This document shows positions 36,113-47,273 of a DNA stretch of 64,000 nucleotides, one piece after another (within the stretch, counting starts at the first letter, position 1; each line of letters starts with the position of its first letter). The stretch spans positions 13,020,001-13,084,000 of the forward strand of contig JBHGNT010000018.1 of assembly GCA_043228905.1 (NCBI GenBank), given 5' to 3'. The translations under genes and the position numbers were made by a program. Under the pieces are notes generated by a model that saw nothing but the letters and a program-made list of their open reading frames with translations, ran no database searches and was not told where the DNA came from. The DNA is from Azolla caroliniana (lineage: Eukaryota > Plantae > Polypodiophyta).

Positions 36113-38796
36113 TTACACTTGCCCTTGTTTGGCAAGAACAATTCCAAAACTATCTAACTCCTTCATATTTCTGAACATTGTCGACTCCGACCCTTTCACA
36201 CTTGTTTGATTTTGCCCTTCCGACCATTTAGCCGACCGGCTAACACTTGGCACACTCGTAGGATAGTGCTTGGCACGGTCGAAACCCCGTCCTTGCTTAC
36301 TCCTGGTGCCCTGAGGGTTCGGGGTCGTCATCGTCGACGCCATCTTCTTCGTCGTCATGGCGAATGTCAAACAATGAAGGTTCTTCTTCAGTCCCTTGTT
36401 CGGTGTTGGTCGCGTTTGCTTCCTTGTCCTATCCTGTTACATCATCGTCCTCTACATGTAGTTGGTCTGTGGAAGCTCCTAGTTCAACAGTCTATTGTCG
36501 GCATTGTCTTTCGTAGCCATCCAAGCGTACCAACATGTCGATGTCATGGGCATCAAATTCCTCCATTAAACGGGTTATCTCTTCCCTATGAATTGCCGCG
36601 AGTTCATACAAGACTCGAGCGAGGTCTTCTTGAATTATTTCAATGGCTTCATCAGTCATCTTGAACAATCTTGCGTCCTGCTTTTTGCAATTATCCCTGT
36701 CAACGTGTAATAATTGCAACTCTGTAGCCCGCACTGACCAGGTCTTCTAGCCTTTGTCGAGGGTATCGGCTACCAACTTCAACATTTTTTTCTTGTGAGC
36801 CCGTAACATGTGTCAAACTTTGTCTTCACCTATATTGACCTTATACTACATTGTGACCAATTCCTTTCGCATGTCCGCTATCCGAGCCTCCGTCGACCCT
36901 TGTTCAGTCATTAACTTTCTATTGTCTTTGCCTCCCATTGTTGCTCAAGAATCTTCTTTAACTCTTGAATTGCATTGTCCACGTTCTCCAACAATGCTCC
37001 TATCATGGTCTTGGCAAGTTCAATGCGGTCTTCCATCTTTTTCACATTTTCCTCGGCCTTGGCAGCTCTGTCGTTTGCCTCTTCGACCTTCTTCTCTGTC
37101 TGACGTAGCTGATCCCACAATTGTTGGTTGGGTACATGTGGAATGCTCACAAAGCCACAATGTTGCATATGGTCTTCAACCTGCTTTACCTTTTCCTGTG
37201 CTTGTCGGAGCCGCTCCAATAGTTCAGTGTTGTCCTTCGTAGCTCTCGAATATTGGTCATTAATAGATCAACTGCCACCGTGGCCTTTTTGCATCCTTCG
37301 GTCATGTTCTATTTAGCCTTGTTTGTTCTCGCATATTCTCAATGGAATTCCACCAGAGCCAGGTTCAATGGAGGCATCTGAATTGCCTCTCCCCTATACT
37401 TGGCGATCCTTTGTCGGGTGATTCGAACCAACTCCGGTTGTTCCTCTGGTTTGATTGCACCTATCATGGCCGTTTGAATCATGATTTGATCCCTATGTTC
37501 TTGGGCCATCATGGTAGATGCATACTGCAATATATGAGCTAGCCATTCCACAAGTTCAAAAGATGTTCCGAACAATAGAATTGTTGTTAATCCATGTGTT
37601 GTCGGCAGTAACACTAGTAGTCCCAATACCTCACTTGGGGTCATCGAGGAAGATTTCCTCTTTCCTAGACAACTCGTGTCGGTTGGATCGACACGCATCT
37701 CGTGTTCTATTTGTTGTACTGAGTGTGGCAGTGATTGTTGTTCTTCGACCTGTTGCCTCTTTGCAGCTTGTATATCTTCTTCTGTTTGTTGAAACCTCTA
37801 ACTCTTCTGCTTCGTTCGGGGTGATTGTGGTTGATTCTTAGCCTCGGGTGTTCGGTTTGATTCTTGAATAGGCTGGGTTTGAGAAGACGGTTCCTGAACA
37901 GGTTGTGATTGGGGGTTCGAAGTCGACTCCTACTCCTACTAGGGTTCGGTTCGGTTTCCGATTGTTGGGTTGGTTCCGACTTGTGTCGATGCCGGTTCTT
38001 GCCACTCTTCTCGTGGCACTTTCCTCCTAGCCCTTGATGTTGATCTCGGTTGTGTTGGTTGCCCCCTGTCTTTCCTTGGGGTCTTACGCCGACTCTCCGT
38101 ACTTGGTGTCGGGTAGAGTACTGTGAGCCATCAACCGAAGATGGGCTTCATTGGTTTGCCGTTTTGTACCCCTTTCAGTTGATCCCTCAGTGCTTTGCCT
38201 ATCAGATATCCCTAGTCGATTGTCTCCCCATCATATGTGGCGATAATAAATGCAACTCTTTGTTTGGGCATACAATTGAACCTCGGACTGACGAACGCCA
38301 CTTCCAACAAGAACTTGGCAACTTCCTGAAATAACTTGTCCTCTCCCCCCTCAGTCTTGTATGCTTTAGCTGATGGCGAATAATCAATGAAGTATGACCT
38401 TAGGATCGTGGGTTCCAGAGGGTTTGTACCATCAAACCCTTCCCTTTTTAGGTTCAAAAATCAGCGTACCTGTTTATTGGTGATCTTGGCTACATCGATT
38501 TGATTTATGATTTCTGAAGCTCGTGGATAGGGTTTGACATCTGCAATAATGTATCCTTGAAGACCCTTGGTGTGCAACCATTGACGAAGTCTATCAGATA
38601 CAGGAATCGACATGGTTTCATCTTCTCTCATCTTGGAGTTGTTGGTGATTGTTAGAGAATAGAGAAAGTGTCGATCTGTTTGCTGGTTCCAGAAGGAAGA
38701 AGCATGAAAGCTCTGTGCTATGTGTGCTCGAAAACGTTTGTGTTGTTGTGAGACACAAAATGTGGAGGAAGAGTTTTTGGAGAAAAGTTGGGCCAT
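36113..38796 (-). pseudogene. Accessory ORF downstream of element E integrase (copy 2), unknown function
   Basis: Chain of same-strand ORF fragments 38461-38796, 38212-38457, 37339-37698, 36911-37219, 36492-36734, 36113-36370; homologous to 5887-7700; heptad-rich C-terminal half. Confidence 0.8.
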
Positions 38797-39051
38797 GTTT
38801 TTTTTTTCGAGGGGTTTTAATGAATAAAAATATGCTATTAATGGTTGTGGTAGTATGAATATAGTAATAATAGCTTTTAATAACCATCACTCGTAATAAA
38901 TAGTAAATGATAATTGTCTTGTCCATTTATAATCTAAAAAGGACAGTGCCAAGAATTCATCATAACAAGAATCAATTTCTGTTATATTTTTGCCAAGATT
39001 TTTTTTTTTTTTTTCTAATAAATAATATTTACACTTTGTACCCTTACCACA

Positions 39052-42000
39052 TCACTGAGTGGTCGGCAGATTGTCAACGTCGACTCTGATTCTAAATGGA
39101 TTTTTCGGTGTCGGTCCTTGATAAGGCTTAAGTCGGAACCCGTTCACCCATGTTGGCAGGATTTCACCAGCTAACGTTCTGACTTGATATGTCCCTTTTT
39201 TACTGTTGACTAACCAAAATGGTCCTGTCCACCAAAATCGAAGTTTGTTGGGCATGGGACCTATTGTTGTTTGGAATACCAATACTGGCTTTCTGACTTC
39301 GAACATCTTTTCCTTTTGTTTTTTGTGTCGGTCAACAAATGCCTTTGTTTGTCTTTGTTTATGTTATAATGCACACATGGCTTGAAGCCGACACTCTTCC
39401 ATTACTAACAATTGTTCCTTCCTTATTCCTTCCGATTGTTCTTCATCCAATCTTTCAGTGATTTAAACTCGTAGTGTTGGAATTTGGAATTCGACTCGCA
39501 TTACGACTTCGAGTCCGAATGCCATTCGGAACAAGATCGATTTGATAACTATCTTGTATGAAGTCCGATATGCCCACAAAGGACTACGAGGCTTGTGATC
39601 CCAGTCTGTTCTATTCTCATTAACGATTTTCCTCAGAATCATTTGTAATGTCTTGTTGGTCAATTATGCCAATCCATTGGCTTGAGGGTAGTACGGAGTA
39701 CTTCTTTTATGTACTACTGCATATGAAGTGGATAGCTCATGTATAATTTTATTTATAAATTGAGTACCTTGATCACTTACCAGTTCAATTGGGCAACCAA
39801 ATCGACACCATAGAGATTCATAAAGAAATTTTGTTGTGGATGTGGTCGTGTTATCTCGAAGTGCCTTGGCTTCAACCCACTTGGTATAGTAGTCGGTGGA
39901 GACCATAATATAGCGATTCCCAGTCTTTGCAGCTGCCCGTTTGAATGGTTCGATAAAGTTGAGACCCATTTTTGAAATGGTTCCAAAGGTAATACCGACT
40001 GATGTGGCGTCCTATCTTTTTCTGTGGGTTGGCAGGTCCGCTGACATAAATCGCATTGTCGACAATAGTCGACTACGTCTTTGAGGTAGTCAGCCACCAA
40101 ATCTTCCTTGTCATTGTTTCCCCAGCATAATGACCGCCGACAATATCACAATGGGCGTCGCGCAAAACTGCTTCTTTCTCGTGTTGTCGAACCGCACGCC
40201 GCCATATCTTCCAAATCTTCATTGCCATTGTTTCCCCAACATAATGACCGCCGGCAATATCACAATGGGCCTCGCGCAAAACTGCTTCTTTCTCGTGTTG
40301 TCGAACCGCACGCCGCCATATATTCCAAATCTTCATTGCCACTGTTTCCCCAGCATAATGACCGCTGGCAATATCACAATGGGCCTCGCGCAAAATTGCT
40401 TCTTTCTCATGTTGTCGAACCGTGTGCCGCCATATCTTCCAAATCTTCATTGCCATTGTTTCCCCAGCATAATGACCTCCGCCCATATCACAATAGGCCT
40501 CGCGCAAAACTACTTCTTTCTCGTGTTGTCGAACCGTGTGCCGCCATATCCTGTGGGCTTCTTTATGGTATAATGTGTCATTCAAGAGACAAAAGTTTCC
40601 ACTTCTTACCGCTAGCATTTTCCTTTCATCTAAGGGCATTCCTTCTAGTGGTAGTCCGATAATAAGGAAAATCATCATTTCGGTGATCCATAAATTTGCT
40701 TGATCTTCATCCATCCCTAGGGATGCCACTGTGTCGACTCGAAAAAATTGAGCGTCAAGAAAATCATCCTTTACTCTTGTACATGACTCTAGTCGACTCA
40801 GATAGTCGACGACTACATGTTGTACCCCTGGTCGATGGATTATGTCAAATTCAAACTCTCATAGCAATAATGTCTAGCGGGCCAGTTTTACTTTTAACTC
40901 CTGCTTGGACACTAAATATAATAATGTTGAATGGTCAACATGGAATGTGAATGTTTGGCCCAACAAGTAATGTCGGAATTTATTGATACTATAAGTCATG
41001 CTGAGAGCCTCACATTCTATTGTTGAGTAGTTTCATTCAGCCGTTGAAAGCTTCTGACTCGCATTGTAAACTGGTGTGTACCAATTCAGATCCGTCAGTT
41101 GCATTAACGAGCTTCCAATTGCCACATCGGACGCGTCAACAAAGACATGAAACTGCTTCTCCCAGTTGGGAGGTTGTACAATTGGTACCGTAGTGAGCAT
41201 CTTCTTAAGGCAATCGTAAGCATCTTGCTCTACATTCGTCCATTGAAAAGGTGTTTTATGCACTGCCGCATGTAAAGGTGTTGCCACATCGGCTAGATAC
41301 CGAATCATCCAACTATGCCTAATTTGGCCCAAAAATCTACTGAGATCTTTCAGATTAGTCTACGCCAGAGCTTCTATTATGCTTCCATTATTGCTTTCAC
41401 TTTGTCGGGTTCGACTGTTATGCCTTCCTGACTAACAATATGGCCGAGTAACATACCACTCATTACTCCGAATGCACATTTAGTAGGATTGAGATTAAGT
41501 TAGCCTTGTCGACATCGTTCTAGACACGGACGTAAATGCTCAAAATGATTAGGTTTTTTACTATACATGGCAAAATCATCAAGAAATACCTGCATAAATG
41601 TAGGTATATAATTAGTGAATATTTCCTGAATGACCCTCTCAAATGTTGTTGGGGTTGTTTTTAAGCCAAACATCATTACGACTACAAAAAATACTCCCCA
41701 TTCAGTTACAAATGTTGTTTTATCCTGATCCACTGGGTGCATTTGAAACAGATTATAGCCACTGAATCCATCCAGAAAGCTATAAATTTCATGTCCTTCC
41801 ACCGCATCCAAAACTCCATCCGTAAAGGGTAACGGAAATGCATCTGTTACCATAACTGCATTAAGCTCTCGATAGTCGACACATACCCTGCTCTTTCCAT
41901 TCTTCTTGGGTACGACTACGATTCGACTTAACCAAGTTTCCATCTTCACTAGTTGAATAAAACCGACTCTGAGTAGTTTGTCGATTTCCTCTTTTACTTT

Positions 42001-43040
42001 CATTGCATAATTGGGATTTAATCGGTACCGACGCTGTTGTATAGACTTTGCTTCTTGATGCAAATTTATCTGATGCTAACAGAAGGTTGGATCTAATCCC
42101 TTCATATATTCAAATGACCAGGAAAACACATCTTTATATTGACGCAATGAATCAGTCATCTTAGCTTTTTATTAGTCGACTCCAATTCTTTAGTTATCAG
42201 AATGGTCTTCGGTTCAGCATGGGTGTCAGCTAAGTTTAATTCTTTGAGTGCCGATGCTTGGACTCTTTGGGACATCTACATCTCCCTTTCTGTAACTTCC
42301 TATTGAAGTCATAATTCCTTCAATGTTTTGTCATCAATGGGAATTTCTTCTTCTTTATCTTCCTCACCCATATCTGGTGTAAACGTGTGCATGATGTTGA
42401 CTTTGAATAGTGGAATGATCTTTGGATTGTCTTAAAAATATTGGTCTTCTTCGGCCTCATCCAATCCTTCCCTCATGTTTACTGCTTCGGCATGAACTGG
42501 TAAACATTGCTGAGTTGTATTGTCCATTTCTTGTGTTGACACCCGAATTTTACTCTTACCCTTCCAAAATGTTAAGATGGTATTGTTCCAATTCTGTTTG
42601 ATATTTGTTGTCTTTGGCCAAGGTCGGCCTAATAATAATGGATATGCACCAGTTGCATCCAAATGAAGCACTACTGCCAACAATGACCTCTAATTGGCGA
42701 ATTAGACCCATGGCCAGATTGTACTTGTGTCGGCCATTCTTAACCAGAAAGGACATGTGTTCCATTTAGTAATTCCGAGCCAATCACATGTGATCTTATT
42801 AATCACATTTACCCATAATCCACCGTCAACAATAGTATCGGTGACTTCTTGACCCCGAATTACTACTTTTATTGATGGACTTTGTTTATCCATTACTGTC
42901 GGTCCGGTGATCGTATTGTTGTAATTAACCGACACTTTTTCAGTCCCATTTTGTGCAATAATTGTTGCGACCTTCTCCGTGAATCTGGGCACTAATTTTA
43001 ATAATCCCGCCAAGGGTAATGACCCTTGGCAATCTGCCAA
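39052..43040 (-). pseudogene. Element E pol (PR-RT-RH-INT), disrupted
   Basis: ORF fragments 42702-43040, 41500-42063, 41033-41332, 40073-40729, 39664-39969, 39463-39663, 39052-39306 carry the canonical motifs. Confidence 0.92.
40097..40550 (-). repeat. In-frame tandem repeat, 4 x 114 bp, in the integrase zinc-binding region
   Basis: ccaaatcttc recurs at about 40097, 40211, 40325, 40439; translation IWR..VRQHEKEA.LREAHCDI.GGHY.GETM..KIW four times. Confidence 0.95.
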
Positions 43041-44937
43041 GATTTTCCATGTTTCTTCATCTTCCAGTGACGTTTTTGGTGCCGACTATCCAACCAGTTG
43101 TGCCTCAGTTGATGCCGCATTGTCTTGCATCATTTTGGCGAAGTTATTGTTGTTGGCTTCCTCGACCCATTCCTTAGTCGCCTTCCGTACTACTTCCTGC
43201 ACCTCCCACTCCGATTGTTTACCTTTACTACGAGTGGCTACTTGCTATATTTTTAGTACCACCATATTTACTGTCGATGCCTTTCCTTTATCTTTCGTGG
43301 GGCATTGATTTTCATACTGTCCATCTTTTTGCATATATAGCTATTTAGAATTGATGAGCCACTAGATTCTACAGGTTCATATTGAGGTTGATGAGCTCCT
43401 GAGATTCAGAATTATCCCTATCTCTGGAATCATGTTGAAATTGCTGAGACCCCTTCGGCTTACGGTTGTCATTAAATCGATGATTTGGTGGTCAATTATC
43501 CTCATTTCTTCTATAGTTATTGGACCTTTTTTCATTCGGATAACAACTTCGCTTGTAGGGATGTCGGTTATTGTTATCTCGTCAGGGTGAGAAGTTCCGA
43601 TCATAATTATTTCGATTATCCCATTGGTAGTCATCTTGGTGATCCTCATCATATCAGTCATTACACTGATATTCATTACATCGATAATCGTCTCTCTGAT
43701 TATCATCTCGATGACTATCATTCTGCCAGTTATCATCTCTATGGTTATCTTCACACCGAGAATCATCTCGCTGCTCCGACTGATAATGATCATCATCACG
43801 CGACCGATTCCAATTTTCCTGATAATTATTTTCAGGATGTATTTGTCGAACCAATGCAGCTCTTTTATTGAGTAGATTACACTCACACTACTTGACTGAA
43901 TGAGCTTTGAATGGCAAATCATACAATGAGTGCGTATACTGCATTCTATTGTTGATTGCCCTGTGTTGAGGCAAGTAGTACATTGAACAGCTTGTCTGAA
44001 CCTGAGCTCCTCTAATGTAGGTAAGTTCTAGTGTAACGTCGACATGCTCATACTACTATTATTGTGTGTCTGATCCATTGTCAGAGCTTTACCTACCACT
44101 TGCTCCAATGATTGATTCCGGAAATCGAACACTGCTAGAGTTGTTCGAAGAGGTTCACGTATAGCCTCCGGGAATATATCTTTCAATTCCTCATCTGGAA
44201 TTGGCCATGAAATCTAAAGTCGAAAATTCTGAAATCGGATCACAATATGTGATACCGTTTCATGTGGTTCCTGATAGGCCGCATAGAATTGACCTATTAG
44301 ATCCTTCGGTGGGATCCATTGATGAAACAATTGTGTGAATTTCGTAGCTAATTGTTCAAACGAGTCGAACGCTTTTGGCCCATTCTGGGCATACCAATTT
44401 GTCGATGGACCATCAAGCGATAAGACAAACTTGGTTGCGGCCGGTAGTCGCTGAGCCACATGGTTCATCTCCCATGTTGTCAAAAAATCTCTTCTATGCG
44501 CTTCCGCATCAACGCCATCTCAATATTTCGAGTAAGGGTAAGGCATATTGTCTACTCCCCAAATGTCGTAAAAAGAACTTTGATCAATTAAATCGGGCAT
44601 TGCAACTCCCCCTCACCTTCTTGCTGAGTCTGATTGATAGGTACCGAATTGTCAGCACTCCCACCTCCTACACGTTGACTAACCGATTGTGTGCTTGGTC
44701 TTTTTCGGCCTACAGATGTAACCAAACTAGACGACATCCATTCCCTTCATCACGGCAATGGTACCGAAAGTTTGAATCTTTCATGGTGGATCACAATTTT
44801 AACAAGACACAAGCCGATCATTGTGTCTTTGTTAAGAAATATGAGGAGGATACTTTCTCATCCTCCTGTTGTATGTTGATATGCTAATTGTAGGATAGGA
44901 CCCAAAGAAAATCAGAAGTTTGAAGAAGGCTCTGAGC

Positions 44938-46991
44938 TCGTATTGGAATTGGGGTTCCGAGTCGAGGGCAGGTACCAGGACGCGGACTCGTCAAACACAA
45001 CGCCGCGGCTGACACGCGCTTGTTTGGTGCGAGGGTTATAGCACTTATAACCCTTCTACTCGTCCGAGTAACCGACCAAGATGCACTTCTCGGCCTTTGC
45101 GTCCAGCTTCCTCCTTTTCTCCTTCGGTACATGCACATACGCAATGCTACCAAACACCCTCAAGTGTCGCAAGTTCAGCTTCGTTCCGAAATATAGCTCG
45201 TGCGCCGACACTTTGTCTCCAATCCGGTTCTGGATGTATACCGCGGTCCTTACCGCCTCGGCCCAGCTGAACTTGGGCAAGCTCTTCTCCTCCAACATTG
45301 CCCATGCCGCTTCCACAATCGACCGATTCTTTCTCTCGGCCACGCCATTCTGCTCTGGCGTGTATCTACAACTGAATTCGCGCCGAATTCCCATTTGTTG
45401 TAGGTAACCGTTGAATTGACCGGAAAAGTACTCTTTCCCGCCATCCGACCGCAGACACTTGATCTTTTGTCCCGTTTTGGCTTCCACGAACCCTTTGAGG
45501 TCCCGGAAACAGTCGAAGACTTCGCTCTTCCTCTCAATGAGGTAGAGATCCATGTGTGCCGCGTGTGGTCATCGATGAAGGAGACAAAATATCGGCTCCC
45601 GCCAAGGCTAACGTTTTGTGCCGGCCCCCATACATCGGAGTGTATAAGGTCGAGCTTGTTCCAGCTCCGGTTTCGCTCGTTTGGGAAAGGAAGTCGGTGT
45701 TGCTTCCCAAGCTAGCAGGCTTCACAAATTTGTGCCTTTCGGCCACTAAATTTGGGCAATCCGAACACTACCTGTTTCGATTGCAGATCTTGAAGCCGTT
45801 GGTGGTTGACGTGGCCTATCCGCTTGTGCCACAAGTCGATGTCCGACTCGGTCTTTTGTCCCTTCGCGAACATTGCGGTGCCGCCGTCATTGGAGTCGAG
45901 GATGAACATCCTCCCGTCTCTGCACCCTTGCGCAATCACACGGCCTTCTTCCTCAATGAAGCACCCGAGGTGTGTAAACCAAACCTCCATCCCTTGGTCG
46001 ACGATCTGTCCGACCGAGACCAAGTTCTTTGTGATTGTCGGAACGTGCAGCACGTTCTTGAGTTTCCCTTTCTGCCCGACATGGCTAAGGGGAACTTCTC
46101 CTCGATGTTCATCTCTATGGAGGCGAGGGAGTCGCAGATATCCTTGATCTTCGAGGTATAGTTCGCCACCGACAAGTCGCGTTGTCGTAGGTTGCTCACC
46201 TCCTGTCGAAGCTGAAGCTTCCTAGCTGTGGTGCTCGCGGCGAAAATCTTCTTCAGATTTTCCCACGCACCCTTCGGCGTCTTTGCATCCCGAACATAGC
46301 TCAATAGTTGTTCGCCCACACACGATGCGAAGCAGTATAGTACCCTGCTCGCCGATTGCTCCCACGACGGGAAGTCTCTGTGTGTCGATTCGGGTGCCGC
46401 ATCATTAGCTCCTTCGACATAACTCCAGTAGTCGTGCCCGAGCAAGTACCGGTGCATCTTGTAGGACCAAGACGCATAGTTGGTTCTGTCGAGCTTCTCT
46501 GTTGGAAGCGAGCTCGCCATGCCTCTATCCATCGTTCTTCTTGTTCTTCTTTGTCAAGCCGTGTCGGCTGCAGAGAGGTTCTCAACCCTCGCGCTCTGAT
46601 ACCATGTAGAAAGTAGCGTGCGGAAGCAAGTATGAAGATAGAACAGAGGAAGGAAACTCAGGTTCAATGGAGAGCTTAGGCTTACACGGTATACGCGGGA
46701 GAGACATAGAGAGAAACACAAAAAACTATATTCAACAATAATACTCAATCTCTGTACATAAGACGTGCTCAGTGAACACTTTTATACAAGCCCTAGAAGG
46801 ACTGACCGAAGTACTGACAGTACTTCAATGCTCATCAAGAGCCCCTACACTAACTCCCAAATATATTCCTCACGGAATATCTTTCCTAACGACCTCCCGG
46901 TTTATGTACTCGGCCTAACCGATCGGTCCCAACCGATCCGGTCCTCGGCTTCTTCAGCCGATCCGGCCGATGTTGAGCTTGTCTCTCAACA
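44938..46991 (-). mobile_element. 5' part of a family A copia (element I), inserted in the 3' LTR of J
   Basis: LTR 46605-46991, PBS 46593-46604, gag MDRGMASSLPTEKLD, integrase to ~44945; flanked at 46992 by J LTR sequence aggagtcacacccgac. Confidence 0.92.
46605..46991 (-). repeat. 5' LTR of copia I
   Basis: Minus strand TGTTGAGAGACAAGCTCAACATCGGCCGG...TCTACA then TGGTATCAGAGC. Confidence 0.93.
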
Positions 46992-47273
46992 AGGAGTCAC
47001 ACCCGACTTAGTATGAAGTGTGAGGTGGTGCTTTATATATAGTCACCCTCTCTCTTCATTAAATAACTACAACAAACACTCTCTCTCTTGGGGAATGTGA
47101 AGACTCATAGTCATGGGGAATATGTAACTCATTAGTTATGTGTTATAGAATATGATTCTATAACACATAGTTAATGTGTAGAGAGTAGTGGTGTGACTCT
47201 TGACCTTTCAGTAATCATGGATTCTCAAAAGGTATGTTCACACGTTGCACTATGTTGAGCTTGATTCTCAACA
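46992..47273 (-). repeat. 3' LTR remnant of copia J
   Basis: Direct repeat of ~56776-57058. Confidence 0.92.

Larger units (their letters stand above)
35743..44750 (-). mobile_element. Non-chromovirus Ty3/gypsy internal region without LTRs (element E)
   Basis: gag ~44550-43300, protease IVDGG ~42825, RT (SFLDGFSGYN, FLDDF) 42063-41400, RNase H (VDASD), integrase (VSDQGTQF, YPQANG, WTGPF), then a long sense-strand extra ORF; purine tract near 35750-35766. Confidence 0.9.
21406..44937 (+). mobile_element. Tnt1/Tork-like copia element F, in three pieces (21406-23703, 34652-35742, 44751-44937), 3' end lost
   Basis: 5' LTR + PBS tggtatcagagc 21959-21970, gag MEDSFGSMFKL; integrase PELNG|LAERMNQT resumes after element D; RT ..EGFV|..RQWYRKF resumes after element E. 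Confidence 0.85.

Noticed and set aside
36113-38796. Calling the accessory ORF an env gene
   Set aside because: Position fits, but no signal peptide or transmembrane segment is visible in the fragments.
40097-40550. Regularly spaced repeats resembling a CRISPR array
   Set aside because: Units are contiguous 114-bp coding repeats without unique spacers, in a eukaryotic integrase.
43377-43922. 181-aa Ile/Met-rich ORF and its antisense partners as membrane proteins
   Set aside because: Alternative-frame shadows of the GAT/AAT-rich RDDN spacer in gypsy gag.
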